In this document: positions 1 to 27,376 of the stretch, piece by piece
Numbering within the stretch: the stretch's first letter is position 1
Layout of the letters: every line of letters begins with the position of its first letter
Origin: Eledone cirrhosa
Taxonomy: Eukaryota
Direction: 5' to 3'
Length of the DNA: 64,000 bases
Assembly: GCA_964016885.1 (NCBI GenBank)
Contig: OZ024741.1
Span: 281,852,001-281,916,000 of the forward strand
Program-made: the position numbers and the translations under genes
Notes under the pieces: model-generated
Database searches by the model: none
The model's input: only the letters and a program-made list of their open reading frames with translations
Told to the model about the DNA's origin: nothing

Positions 1-655
1 CCACCTGTTGTTCTGGGAGTTGATCCTCTGGTCTTGGCAGAAGTTTTTCTCGTCAGAGAAAAACCACAGCATGTCTGGCTCCAGTGGGTGTTTCAACTTG
101 TTGATCAGCTTCTTTGCGTGCTTCAGTCGCTTTTCTTGCATCGCCTTTGACAGAAATTGTCCTTTCCTATCTTGTATGAAACATAGCGAATGTCTTCATG
201 TACCACCAGCCTAATGAGTTTTCTTCCACGCCTTTCTCCCTTGCAATGGCACGCATCGACTTGCTAGGTTCTTTGTTGATATCCTGAACTTCAGCGACGA
301 ACTCGGGCGTTCTGAAGGCGTCAGATCGTCGATCATGTGTTTTCCTCTCTGATGTTGCTTCGTAGTCGAATCCTGAATCTTCCAATTCCTTTTTGACCTT
401 TTCCACCGTTCTCCTGCTGATGCTGAGAAAGTCTGAAATTTCCCTTATTTGTCCTCCCGGCGCGGATTCCAAGAAGAACTCCGTGTCTCTTCCACAAATT
501 TGGAGGTTCAAAATTATTCATAATCAATTATTCTTAAAATAAATAATGGAAATATAGTCACTGTTTTTATGAAGACAAGAGTGACAACGGAAGTAAAAAA
601 AATTTGCATAAAATTTTGCAGTTGAAAATTGCAAACAAATATCGTCCACACCCTG
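1..655 (-). mobile_element. Tc1/mariner-superfamily (maT/DD37D-like) DNA transposon, left end plus frameshifted transposase N-terminal half; continues beyond window start
   Basis: Minus strand begins TA|CAGGGTGTGGACG at 655 next to a (TA)n run. Frames 527-333 and 511-167 join into HTH-like sequence (EISDFLSISRRTVEKVKK...KSMRAIARE). Bases ~170-1 translate to RKGQFLSKAMQEKRLKHAKKLINKLKH...WFFSDEKNF...NSQNNRW, the first catalytic-Asp motif. Confidence 0.85.
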
Positions 656-1636
656 TATATATATATATATATATATATATATGCAAGCAAAAAGTAAACA
701 TAACAAAGCAAGCAACACAGTACAATGAAGAAATATATTAGTTTAATGCTTGATATGCATGTGTATATCACAGAGTTTGCAAAAAATGTAAACACACTTC
801 AGAAAAATAAAAACTTGGATAAATATTAAATTTGTTTAAATATATATACACACACACTTACAAAAGATGAATCCATATTGAAATATCTTGATGCAAGAAA
901 TGTACTGTTGAATAATTGAATATATATATATCTTTTCCTAAAGTGTGTATACATTTTATTGGAAGACTATATGTATGTTTATTTATATATATATACTACA
1001 TAAAACACATGGCAAACTGGCATATGCCTTCCTAGATACTTGGAGTTATTGATGCATTATCAGCAATTGGAAAGTATATATGTTGTCTGCAAGCTCTTTA
1101 AATTTTACATTTACATATACACATTGCATTTCCCGTCATGCTGCTACAATAAATTTTCTTTCCAATCACAAGGTCCTGTAAATAATCATTTCTCCAAAGT
1201 TACTCAGACATTTAATCCTATATGTCATTTATACATATATACTAAACATTTAACTAATCATATCCTAGAAAATATTAAAATGTCATTTTTATCTTTAATC
1301 ACTTCCATGTGTCAGTAATCAACATAAACTATACAGTTTATCTTATGCAAACCATTAATTTACCAAAATCCAAAATTCTCAATTTGTATAATTATTCATA
1401 TATCTGGTATATATGACATACCAATCCTGGGCTCCAAAAACGGAATATTTTCAACACTATTGCTCTCATTATTGATGGTACTGGTCCACTGAATAAGATA
1501 TAAATTCCTTAGGCAAGTGAGAGACAAAGCTATATACACAGCACAATACTGGTTTTAAAATGTGAACTCACAACCAGGTAGCTAGGAACCACTCAGTTAC
1601 AAAATCTCACTATAATAATATCTTAATTTCACAAAA

Positions 1637-1815
1637 GGCATTTAAACCAGCCATATCTGGCCAGAATTCACACCTCTTTCTGTTCAAACCGGTTGTGACC
1701 AACCACTCATACTAATGTTAAGGTATTGTTCTCAAAATCCAAGATACAATATTATGTGAGGTAAAGCATTTACCATGAACATATAGTATATATAATGTAA
1801 ATGCTAAAGTGTTAA
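1637..1815 (+). mobile_element. TTAA/piggyBac-like MITE family A, copy without SINE, left end eroded
   Basis: GCATTTAAACCAGCC...GTAAATGCTAAAGTG-TTAA. Colinear with 3404-3801 once the SINE is removed, and with the reverse complement of 58341-58549. Confidence 0.7.
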
Positions 1816-2095
1816 TATTTATAGGAGAGGAGAAATGAGATTGCATCATGTTCATTCCTTTCTCAAGAAGTAAAGTAGGGACTCAGGTCATCAACAATGT
1901 ACCTCAGTTCTGCTCAGAACTATACTGGTTTTCATATATGCTTCAAACTTTGATTTAATCACAAATGCTTCAAAACCTAAAATGACAATGAAAGTGCATG
2001 CCAATATGGGTTAAACAGGTCATCATGATCCGAGTCATTTTTTATACTGGTTTCTATATCTATTATATCTTCCTATCTCATATCTATATATCTTC

Positions 2096-2579
2096 CAATG
2101 TCATGTACCTCCATGTCATGTGCCTCAATGTCATGTGCCTCAATGTCATGTGCCTCAATGTCATGTGCCTCAATGTCATGTGCCTCAATGTCATGTGCCT
2201 CAATGTCATGTGCCTCAATGTCATGTGCCTCAATGTCATGTGCCTCAATGTCATGTGCCTCAATGTCATGTGCCTCAATGTCATGTGCCTCAATGTCATG
2301 TGCCTCAATGTCATGTGCCTCAATGTCATGTGCCTCAATGTCATGTGCCTCAATGTCATGTGCCTCAATGTCATGTGCCTCAATGTCATGTGCCTCAATG
2401 TCATGTGCCTCAATGTCATGTGCCTCAATGTCATGTGCCTCAATGTCATGTGCCTCAATGTCATGTGCCTCAATGTCATGTGCCTCTATGCCATGTGCCT
2501 CTATGCCATGTGCCTCTATGCCATGTGCCTCTATGCCATGTGCCTCTATGCCATGCCTCTATGCCATGCCTCTATGTCA
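2096..2579. repeat. 15-bp minisatellite (CAATGTCATGTGCCT x~26, then CTATGCCATGTGCCT x4 and shorter variants)
   Basis: Near-perfect tandem array read directly. It produces the spurious LNVMC/SMSCA/PQCHV ORFs. Confidence 0.97.
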
Positions 2580-2894
2580 TATGTATAACTATATATCTTC
2601 CTATGTCATATCTATATATTTTCCTGTCATATATATCTACATCTTCCTCTGCTTCTTACCAATAGTTTACATACAGTAGTATTTCTGAATAGTTTACCTT
2701 CCTCATTCCAACAACATTATCATAAATTACCTCCAGATGTGTTTATTGATACAATCATAATTTCCCATATACTTGTGTTTACTTCTCTGTCGTTAACCTT
2801 ATGTTATTTTTGTTTTTTTTCTTTTAACAGTCAATCCCATTTATGGTTTCCAAAAGAGCAATTCGCCACAGAATTTACCAACATCCATTTTGTT

Positions 2895-3165
2895 AGAACT
2901 ATCTCTTATTTTCATACCCCCATACCACTGCCACCTTCTGTTTTCATACCCCACTTCCACTCCCACCTATTTTCACACTCCACACCACCCCACTACTTAC
3001 TTTCATATATTCCACACCACCCCACTTTTATACCCCACATCACCCCATCCCACTTACTTTCATATCTCCCCCTACTTCGTACTTTCATACCCTTCACTCT
3101 CATACTTCATATCCCACTCCCACCAAACACCCGCTTACTTTCATACCCCACCCTCACCCTCTCTC
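2895..3165. repeat. Degenerate C-rich tandem repeat (core CCAC-YTACTTTCATAY)
   Basis: The motif cacttactttcata/cttttatacccc recurs roughly every 25-40 bp. Confidence 0.6.
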
Positions 3166-3403
3166 GAATAATTCTAAAATTGGCTTGAACAGAAATATTC
3201 TGGAAAGGTTACACATACCTAATGAACTTCAGGTAAGTCCAATGATGGAGGTAGGGGAAGGCAGAGGGAGTATGAGCCAACAAGGAAGCCTGCTCATGAT
3301 GGTCAATCTGCTAAAAATAACAGCCAAATCTCTATCAAATCACACACAATTCTCTAGCATCAGGAAAGCACACATTGGATAAAATAGTCTTGAATGCCCT
3401 TAA

Positions 3404-3801
3404 CCCTTTAGCATTTAAACCGGCCGTATCCAGCCAGAATTCTCTCACTTCCTTCTGTTCAAACCAACCTTATCCGGCTGCTCATACTGATGTTAACATT
3501 GTTCTCAAAATAAATAATTGTTTCTACTTTTGGCACAAGGCAATTATCCCAGTGCATTACTGGTACTTTATTTTATCAACCTCGTAAGGATGAAAGGCAA
3601 AGTCAACCTCGGTGGGATTTGAACTCAGATCGTAAAGGGACGTAACTATGCTGGAAAGCATGGTGTCTGACCCTCTACCGATACTGCCAATCCACCGCCT
3701 CTCAAAATAAATAATATCAAAATCTCAGATTCGATATGGGAGATAAAGTGTTTACCATGAAAATACAATAGTATATATAGAGAAACGTAAATGCTAAAGG
3801 G
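3404..3801 (+). mobile_element. TTAA/piggyBac-like MITE family A with a nested SINE
   Basis: TTAA|CCCTTTAGCATTT (3404) ... AAATGCTAAAGGG|TTAA (3801). This is a perfect 13-bp TIR with a TTAA duplication. Confidence 0.85.
3519..3699 (-). mobile_element. Young full-length tRNA-derived SINE (central domain resembling the Meta domain)
   Basis: Minus strand: GGCGGTGGATTGGCAGTATCGGT (A box), GAGTTCAAATCCC (B box), GCCTTTCATCCTT..GG..GATAAAATAAAGTACCAG, and an ATT tail. TSD TCTCAAAATAAATAAT at 3503-3518 and 3700-3715. Confidence 0.92.
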
Positions 3802-4331
3802 TTAACCCTTATACCATATTCATAATGAAATATATTGTAATTATCCAAACATAGATGTACTACAATGATAATAGTATTAGAAAATTTGAGTAAAATACCC
3901 TCAGAGACAAAAAATAAGTGGCCAGCAGCCAGTACAGAGAATCATAACCTGTATCTCTTGAATTCCAGTCGTGTTACCTTTATGCCATATAGTACAGCTC
4001 TAACTGCTAAAGTTATCATATATAATTCCTAATTTGGACAGAATCTGTTGTTAGCTGGCCATTTATTTTCTAAAGGTATTTTACCTGAATCTGTGTTTGG
4101 GCTACAAAAATTTCAAATTATCTAAATACAATGTGTATTTGGATTAATTATTAATGAATTTAGAGATTTACTCAAGTTGTTGATTTTATTTTTTAAAGGT
4201 GGTATTTGTAACTTAAAGTAAATTTATGTTGAAAGGTTTTAATTTCAAATGCATAGCTTTGTTTCATAGAACCAGAGATATTTTCTGGTGGATTAGTATC
4301 AAAAGGAATATGCAGTAAATTAGCAGAGTTG

Positions 4332-4706
4332 TTAGAGAGAAATGAAGCAAGCATGCTCTGTTGGATGTGCAATGTCAATGTGCGTGAACAACCAAGCATA
4401 GATGAGTTGAAAGCGAAACTGTGTATAAGAGGGATAAGGTGTAGTGTGCAAGAGAGAAGACTGCGATGGTATGGACATGTGATGCGCATGGAGGATGACC
4501 GCTGGGTAAAGAAGTGTCAAGAAATCCCAGTAGAAGGCAGACACAGTAGAGGAAGACCACGAAAGACATGAGCGGAGGTGGTAAGAGCAGACCTCAGATC
4601 GCTGAAGCTCACAGAGGAGATGGCAAAGGACTGTGACAAGTGCTGAATAGAACCACTCTTGCAAGCAAAGAAAGGTGGACATAAAATGATGATGATGATG
4701 TTGATG
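4332..4706 (+). mobile_element. RTE LINE 3' fragment, decayed
   Basis: LERNEASMLCWMC...RRLRWYGHVMRM...RGRPRKT* aligns to the C-terminus of the 52642-55155 ORF. It has an in-frame stop at 4569 and a (GAT)n tail. Confidence 0.9.
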
Positions 4707-4817
4707 TTAGACCATTGAATAGAGTGCTTTGCAGTATTTGTTCCAGCTTTCTGAGTTCAAATCCCACTGAGGTCAACTTTACCTTTTATCCATTCAAGGT
4801 CGATAAAAAAGTACCAA
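4707..4817 (+). mobile_element. Older SINE fragment
   Basis: CTGAGTTCAAATCCCACTGAGGTCAACTTTACCTTTTATCC...GGTCGATAAAAAAGTACCA. Confidence 0.75.
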
Positions 4818-4918
4818 TCTATGCCCTATGACTCCTTCAAGAGTTATGGGACCATACATACAGACATAAAATAGGGGGTCAGCTTATCTTTGAATTGGTT
4901 TACATATATATATATATA

Positions 4919-5085
4919 TCATCATTATCATCATTGTTTAATGTCTATCTTCCATGCTTGCATGGATTAGACGGGAATTGTTCCACTTGAGGCAAGATTG
5001 ATCGGGTGACCGTGTCTCGCTCATATAGGACTGTATCTGGCAGGTTTTCTATGGCTGGATGCCGTTCCTAACATCAACCACATTT
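4919..5085 (-). mobile_element. RTE LINE 3'UTR/tail fragment
   Basis: (CAT)n tail plus homology to 52040-52206, 52244-52420 and 62652-62830. Confidence 0.85.
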
Positions 5086-5092
5086 ATATATA

Positions 5093-5150
<58 letters not shown>

Positions 5151-5460
5151 AAGCCAATGAGAAAAACAAAACTTCATACCCAATTAATATTACATCAGAA
5201 ATCAATGAATTGATCTATTATTTTTATCTCACCAACTACTTGGTTTTTCTCATCCATCACTTTCTCTTTCTCATGACATGTCCCTGTCTCTCTCCAATTA
5301 CATTAACCCCCTCCCCCATGTTATTTTTTACTCAAACTCCTACCATCAAATATATGACTACTTCAAACTGTTTGTTTTAATGTGTTTATATTTATCTAAA
5401 AACTTTCCAGCATAATTTTTTTTTTAACAAACATCAGATAAATAATGAGAAAGTTCATTC

Positions 5461-5580
5461 CCTTCTTCTTCGCCCACTTAGAGGGTCGTGGGAGCAAAGT
5501 TTTCAAACACACCTTCCAGCAGGTCCTGTCAGAAGCAACCGTCTCCAACTGATCTGGCTAGATCCCAAAGAGAGACCAGG
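5461..5580 (-). mobile_element. Expander/Rex3-like RTE 3' end (second RTE family)
   Basis: Homologous to 8385-8585, 40498-40735, 49239-49333 and 49785-50145 (CTTCCAGC.GGTCCTGTCAGAAGCAACC). Confidence 0.75.
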
Positions 5581-5732
5581 CAGTAACTTTCATTAGAAAT
5601 ATGTTAAGGTGTAGTATCTCTTTCAGTGGTACAAACCACTGCACTTGTCTTGTCACCAGATCAGATCTGAATGAGCAAACCTATAATCAAAAGTTTTCCT
5701 GCTGCCACTAACTTCTGTCCTATAAAATGTAA

Positions 5733-5914
5733 CTCTTAACTTTGTGAACCACATGAAACCACAATAGCATGACATTCAGCACTATGATTGCATCATTAAA
5801 TATAAAGTTTTTAATCTAATACTGTAAAATTGTCATAACCTGTTCAGTAGTATTGATACTATAAACAAACTTGCTTTTAGATATTTTCTGCTAAATCACT
5901 GAGGATGTTAAGAG
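5733..5914 (+). mobile_element. TTAA MITE family C
   Basis: (G)TAA|CTCTTAAC...GTTAAGAG|TTAA termini. A reverse-complement paralog lies at 39348-39732. Confidence 0.7.
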
Positions 5915-6787
5915 TTAATTAACACCCGTTGCATATGCAAGATTTTTTTTAAATGACTACATCACAAACTTTTAAGTTTTTGCTCTAATAGTGCACATTT
6001 TCAAACCTGTTTTTAGATATTTTCTGCTAAATTATTATAGGGTGTTAAGATATAAGAAAATAGAGTAATTTGTAGGGGATTTGGCTGTTATTTTTGACAG
6101 GTAGAGTAACCACTTAGAGGCTCCCCTGTAGGCTCAATTGCACACATTTCCTAGTTGGTGGTAGCTCTCTGCACTGTGTTCAAATAAGGCCAGGGAGAAC
6201 TTTACCTTTCATCCTTTTGGGGTCAATAAAGTACCTGTTCAGGGACTGTGAATGGATGGAATTGTTAAAGAGGTGGACAAGATGTTTTGCAGTATCTGTT
6301 TCAGTTTCCTTTTGACTGAAGTAGCAGCCAATAGTACCCACAATCGAGAGACTAATGGAAATAGTTTCCTTGGCTCGATCTGATGATTCACTAGTTTGTT
6401 ACACACACATACACTTATAAAGATACACTCACACACACACATTCATACAAACATGTGTGTAAATTGTCAAGTGGAAGTCATCAATATATGAAGAGGTGAC
6501 GGAAGTATTTAATAGAAATATTTAAAAAAAATTAATAACATTGTTTTAGAGTCGAATTCTATAAGATTTCAACAGGAATTTATCTATGTGTATACAGTTG
6601 CTAACAATATTGTGTCACATTTATTAAAAAACCCTACCAATGCTTGATTCATTAATAAATAACTTGATATGGCCTTCAGCCATTGATCGGTTTATACATA
6701 CTGGCTTATAATCCTATCTCCTCCAATAACTTAACAGTAATCTAATCTACTTTATTATCCTTCATGGTGATATTGCAGGATAGTTTA

Positions 6788-6880
6788 ACACTTTCGTTAC
6801 CATAATTCTAATGAAATATACAGTATTTCAATTAACTAATGAAGGATTTGAAGAGATTTACTAAAATTACTCCATTAAGT
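6788..6880 (+). mobile_element. TTAA MITE family B, left part
   Basis: TTAA|CACTTTCGTTACCATAATTCTAATGAAAT matches the starts at 3806, 49528, 49596, 58169 and 58618. Confidence 0.6.
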
Positions 6881-6913
6881 TTTATATACATACATCTCAG
6901 CACCGCGACCGCG

Positions 6914-7330
<417 letters not shown>

Positions 7331-7814
7331 CAATAGAAGACATACAAGAAAGGAAAAAGAAAATGTATGTATCTGGCTGTGTGGACCCGTAGGGTTGCCG
7401 TCGTAACATACAGCGGGTCTAGGGGTACTTTAAACCTGGAGGATTCCATTCCTTCCTAGATGTTCAATATAGATATAATTAAATATAAATTCAGAAGGGA
7501 GAACAAATGTAACTTGGAATGATTTATTGACATGATGGAGAAAGACGTAGTCTATTTCAGAAAACAGAAGTGATAAAAAAAAGTACAATATCTATCTATA
7601 TTGTCAACGTTTCCTAAAATCTTTTTCCTCATAAAGTCTCCATAACTTCCAGCAAAAATATCGACAGAAGAAAACTTTTCGCAGAAAATCTGTTGAATAG
7701 AAATAAAAAGAATATTTATCTTTATATGCGATAATCCACCATGGTCTTGAGTTTGATGGTTAAAATTGTTCTACAGAAAACCCTTTTGCTTACACTCAAT
7801 TCTGAATTACTTTA

Positions 7815-8040
7815 GTGCAGTCAAAACAACGCTCTGACCTAGGTGAAGAGTCTGTCATCCTCTCCTCTTCCACCTTCCTTTCGCTGCCTAATAATATTTG
7901 CTCTTTCCCTCCTTTTCCTATCATTTTATGACATTTATAATTCTTTCCAATACCGCTTTCTTGATCTGTATATTAACTAAATATTAAATTCTTTATTTTT
8001 ATGTAATTTTATCTTAGGAATATATTTGAGTATTTTGAAA
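7815..8040 (+). mobile_element. Dispersed repeat, probable non-LTR retroelement 3' end
   Basis: Reverse-complement homolog at 57511-57732 (TCTGACCTAGGTG.AGAGTCTGTCA...AATATTAAATTCTTTATT). Confidence 0.7.
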
Positions 8041-8384
8041 TAGTTTCAACAAACTTAGAAGGCAACTCCAGAGACTCTTGTAGATGCGTGGTCAAGTGTG
8101 CAAGTCTTCTCACTTGTTTTTTCAATATAAATTGCCTTTATTTGTATGTATAACTACTTTTTTTTATACAAGAAGTAAATTATTGGTTAGCATTTAGTTT
8201 AAACCTTAATTATTTTTTTCTTTTAATATCAAACTTCCCTTAGTTCTAAAATGAAAAGAGAAAACATGGTTTTAAAGTGGCATATTTATCTAAAACCCAT
8301 CCATCATAATTTTATGTGAGAATCTTTGTTCCAAACAACTTTGTTGTGAAAAAGAGATATATTACTAAATCTCTAAAAACATTA

Positions 8385-8585
8385 TTCCTGGAGGGTTGTG
8401 AGAGCAGAGTCCTCAAACACTTCCAGCGAGTGCTGTCAGAAGCAACCGCCTCCAGGATCCCCAAGCGAGACCAGCCAAGCTCATGGATGTTATTCAACCA
8501 TCTTGCTTGGGATTTACCCTGCGTCTCCTGCAAGTTGGTTTTGCCCGTAAAAACTGCCCAGTGATTCTTTCCTAGGACATTCCAA
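8385..8585 (-). mobile_element. Expander/Rex3-like RTE 3' fragment
   Basis: Minus translation ARWLNNIHELGWSRLGI..VASDSTRWKCLRTL is a typical RTE C-terminus. Confidence 0.8.
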
Positions 8586-9189
8586 TGTCTTTTATTAAAA
8601 ATATGGTAATAACATAGATAAAACACCACCAGAATTAATTCTATTCACTTAAAGTACCCGAAACTCAGAGCATCTGGAAAGAGTATGAATGAACACTTAA
8701 AACAATGAACAGAACACTTAAAACAATGAACAGAAAGAGAAAGAGAGAAGAAAAAAAGAACAACATAATTTGAACTAATTTTATATGAACAAAATAGTAG
8801 CCAGCTGCGCGGTGAGCTTTAGCTCCAGCTATCATGATTAACTACGATGTAATCGAATACTCAAAAGTAGCAGACTTAAACAATTCTTCAAGCTGAAGCC
8901 TGAGATTTATGTATGGTGCAAGTGGCAGGTTTAGGGCAGGTGGTATAACAATTATGCTCGACTAAATCCTCAATGCAGAAAAGATTAAGAACAGCAGCAA
9001 TAACACCAATATGAATGAATATATATATTCACAGACATATATAAACACTCACGCATATACACACACACACACATATATATATATACACACGCATATATAT
9101 ATATATTGCGAAGAAATACCTATGATGGCTAGTAGACCACTGCTGATGGATAGTCCTGGCTTCTATTTCTAATTCTTCATTTTATTATT

Positions 9190-10369
9190 ATATACATACA
9201 TACATAATATATATATACATACATACATACATAATATATATACATACATACATAATATATATATACATACATACATAATATATATATATACATACATACA
9301 TAATATATATATATACATACATACATAATATATATATATACATACATACATAATATATATATATACATACATACATAATATATATATATACATACATACA
9401 TAATATATATATATACATACATACATAATATATATATATATATATACATACATAATATATATATATATATATACATACATAATATATATATATATATATA
9501 CATACATAATATATATATATACATACATATATATATATATACATATACATATTATATATATATACATATACATATATATATACATAATATATATATATAC
9601 ATATACATATATATACATATACATATATATATACATAATATATATATATACATATACATATATATATATATACATAATATATAATATATATACATAATAT
9701 ATATATATATATACATAATATATATATATATATACATAATATATATATATATATATACATAATATATATATATATATATACATAATATATATATATATAC
9801 ATAATATATATATATATACATAATATATATATATATATATACATAATATATATATATATATACATAATATATATATATATATATATACATAATATATATA
9901 TATATATATACATAATATATATATATATATATACATAATATATATATATATATATACATAATATATATATATATATATACATAATATATATATATATATA
10001 TACATAATATATATATATATATACATAATATATATATATATATACATAATATATATATATATACATAATATATATATATATACATAATATATATATATAT
10101 ACATAATATATATATATATACATAATATATATATATATATATACATACATATATATATATATATACATAATATATATATATATATATACATAATATATAT
10201 ATATATATATACATAATATATATATATATACATAATATATATATATATATACATAATATATATATATATATACATAATATATATATATACATAATATATA
10301 TATATACATAATATATATATATATATACATAATATATATATATACATAATATATATATATATATACATA

Positions 10370-10400
<31 letters not shown>

Positions 10401-11012
10401 ATATACATACATAATATATATACATACATAATATATAATATATACATACATAATATATATATACATACATAATATATATATACATACATAATATATATAT
10501 ATATACATACATAATATATATATATATACATACATAATATATATATATATACATACATAATATATATATATATACATACATAATATATATATATATACAT
10601 ACATAATATATATATATATACATACATAATATATATATATATACATACATAATATATATATATATACATACATAATATATATATATATACATACATAATA
10701 TATATATATATACATACATAATATATATATATATACATACATAATATATATATATATACATACATAATATATATATATACATGCATAATATATATATATA
10801 TACATGCATAATATATATATATATACATGCAATATATATATATATATACATACATAATATATATATATATACATACATAATATATATATATACACATAAT
10901 ATATATATATATACATACATAATATATATATATATACACACATAATATATATATATATATACATACATAATATATATATATATATACATACATAATATAT
11001 ATATATATATAC

Positions 11013-11052
<40 letters not shown>

Positions 11053-13727
11053 ATATACATACATAATATATATACATACATAATATATAATATATATATA
11101 TATAATACATAATATATAATATATATATACATAATATATATATATACATACATAATATATATATATATATACATACATAATATATATATATATATACATA
11201 CATAATATATATATACATACATAATATATATATATATACATACATAATATATATATATATACATACATAATATATATATACATACATAATATATATATAT
11301 ATACATACATAATATATATATATATACATACATAATATATATATATATACATACATAATATATATACATACATAATATATATATATATACATACATAATA
11401 TATATATATATACATACATAATATATATATATATATACATACATAATATATATATATATACATACATAATATATATATATATACATACATAATATATATA
11501 TATATACATACATAATATATATATATATACATACATAATATATATATATATACATACATAATATATATATATATACATACATAATATATATATATATACA
11601 TACATAATATATATATATATACATACATAATATATATATATACATACATAATATATATATATATACATACATAATATATATATATATACATACATAATAT
11701 ATATATATATACATACATAATATATATATATATACTACATAATATATATATATATATACACATAATATATATATATATACACATAATATATATATATATA
11801 TACACATAATATATATATATATACACATAATATATATATACACATACATAATATATATTATATACATAATATATATATATATACATAATATATATATATA
11901 CATAATATATATATACATAATATATATATACATAATATATATATATATACATAATATATATATACATAATATATATATATATACATAATATATATATATA
12001 TACATAATATATATATATATACATAATATATATATCTATACATAATATATATCTATACATAATATATATATATATCTATACATAATATATATATCTATAC
12101 ATAATATATATATCTATACATAATATATATATCTATACATAATATATATATCTATACATAATATATATATCTATACATATATATATATCTATACATAATA
12201 TATATATCTATACTAATATATATATCTATACATAATATATATATCTATACATAATATATATATCTATACACAATATATATATATCTATACATAATATATA
12301 TATATCTATACATAATATATATATATACACAATATATATATATACACAATATATATATATACACAATATATATATATACACAATATATATATATACACAA
12401 TATATATATATACACAATATATATATATATATACACAATATATATATATATACACAATATATATATATATACATAATATATATATATACACAATATATAT
12501 ATATACATAATATATATATATACATAATATATATATATACATAATATATATATATACATAATATATATACATAATATATATATATACATAATATATATAA
12601 TATATATATATACATATATATATAATATATATATATACATAATATATACATAATATATATATATACATAATATATACATAATATATATATATACATAATA
12701 TATATATATACATAATATATATATATACATAATATATATATATACATAATATATTATATATATATACATAATATATATATATACATAATATATATATATA
12801 TATACATAATATATATATATACACATAATATATATATATACACATAATATATATATATACACATAATATATATATACACATAATATATATATATACACAT
12901 AATATATATATACACATAATATATATATACACATAATATATATATACACATAATATATATACACATATATATATATACACATAATATATTATACACATAA
13001 TATATATACACATAATATATATACACATAATATATATACACATAATATATATACACATAATATATATACACATAATATATATACACATAATATATATACA
13101 CATAATATATATACACATAATATATATACATAATATATATACACATAATATATATACACATAATATATATACACATAATATATATACACATAATATATAT
13201 ACACATAATATATATATACATAATATATATATACATAATATATATATACTTAATATATATATACGTAATATATATATACGTAATATATATATACGTAATA
13301 TATATATACGTAATATATATATACGTAATATATATATACGTAATATATATATACGTAATATATATATACGTAATATATATATACGTAATATATATATACG
13401 TAATATATATATACGTAATATATATATACGTAATATAGATATACGTAATATATATATACGTAATATATATATACGTAATATATATATACGTAATATATAT
13501 ATACGTAATATATATATACGTAATATATATATACGTAATATATATATACGTAATATATATATATACGTATATATATATATAGTAATATATATATACTAAT
13601 ATATATATACATAATATATATATACATAATATATATATACATAATATATATACATAATATATATATACATAATATATATATAATAATATATATATACATA
13701 ATATATATATAATATATATATATATAT

Positions 13728-13818
<91 letters not shown>

Positions 13819-13854
13819 TATAATATATATAATATATATATATAATATATATAT

Positions 13855-13915
<61 letters not shown>

Positions 13916-13946
13916 ATATATATATAATATATATAATATATATATA

Positions 13947-13985
<39 letters not shown>

Positions 13986-14261
13986 TATAATATATATATA
14001 TATAATATATATATAATATATATATATATATAATATATATATAATATATATATATATATAATATATATATAATATATATATATATAATATATATATAATA
14101 TAATATATATATAATATATATATATATATACATAATAATATATATACATAATATATATATATACATAATATATATATATACATAATATATATATATACAT
14201 AATATATATATATACATAATATATATACATAATATATATACATAATATATATATATACATA

Positions 14262-14294
<33 letters not shown>

Positions 14295-14424
14295 GATAAT
14301 ATATATATATACATAATATATATATACATAATATATATAATATAATAATATATATAATAATATATATATATACATAATATATATATATACATAATATATA
14401 TATATACATAATATATATATATAC

Positions 14425-14459
<35 letters not shown>

Positions 14460-14908
14460 TATAATATATATATATAATATATATATATATAATATATATA
14501 TATAATATATATATATATAATATATATATATATAATATATATATATATATAATATATATATATATAATATATATATATATAATATATACTATATTATAAT
14601 ATATACTAATATATAATATATACTATATATATATATATACTATATATATAATATATATATATATATAATATATACTATATATATAATATATACTATATAT
14701 ATAATATATACTATATATATATATATACTATATATATAATATATACTATATATATAATATATACTATATATATAATATATACTATATATATAATATATAC
14801 TATATATATAATATATACTATATATATAATATATACTATATATATAATATATACTATATATATAATATATACTATATATATAATATATACTATATATATA
14901 ATATATAC

Positions 14909-14968
<60 letters not shown>

Positions 14969-15094
14969 CTATATATATAATATATACTATATATATAATA
15001 TATAATATATATATAATATATACTATATATATATATAATATATATATATATAATATATACTATATATATAATATATACTATATATATAATATAC

Positions 15095-15125
<31 letters not shown>

Positions 15126-15362
15126 ATATATATATAATATATACTATATATATATATATAATATATATATAATATATACTATTATATTAATATAATATAT
15201 ATATAATATATACTATATATATATATATAATATATATTAATATATACTATATATATATATAAATATATATAATATATACTATATATATATATATAATATA
15301 TATATAATATTATATATATATATATATATAATATATATATATATATAATATATACTATATAT
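9190..15362. repeat. Compound (TA)n-based microsatellite block 1 (CATAATATAT, CATACATAAT, TCTATA, CACAAT, CGTAAT, ACTAT variants)
   Basis: Direct read. It contains ordered sub-domains of unit variants. Confidence 0.98.
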
Positions 15363-15562
15363 NNNNNNNNNNNNNNNNNNNNNNNNNNNNNNNNNNNNNN
15401 NNNNNNNNNNNNNNNNNNNNNNNNNNNNNNNNNNNNNNNNNNNNNNNNNNNNNNNNNNNNNNNNNNNNNNNNNNNNNNNNNNNNNNNNNNNNNNNNNNNN
15501 NNNNNNNNNNNNNNNNNNNNNNNNNNNNNNNNNNNNNNNNNNNNNNNNNNNNNNNNNNNNNN
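15363..15562. other. Assembly gap (200 N)
   Basis: Run of N. Confidence 1.

Positions 15563-27376
<11,814 letters not shown>

Noticed and set aside
1422-1488. Apparent minus-strand exon (TTATTCAG|...ATTG|GTATGT)
   Set aside because: It has a stop in the frame compatible with the phase-1 first exon, and the donor-side sequence recurs inverted at ~50620, so it is more likely a repeat.
1998-2679. Repetitive ORFs (LNVMC, SMSCA, PQCHV), a possible Cys-rich protein or CRISPR-like array
   Set aside because: This is a pure 15-bp tandem repeat with no spacers, open in several frames by chance.
7383-7420. Small GC hairpin GACCCG...CGGGTC
   Set aside because: It is short, imperfect and single copy, with no recognisable RNA family.
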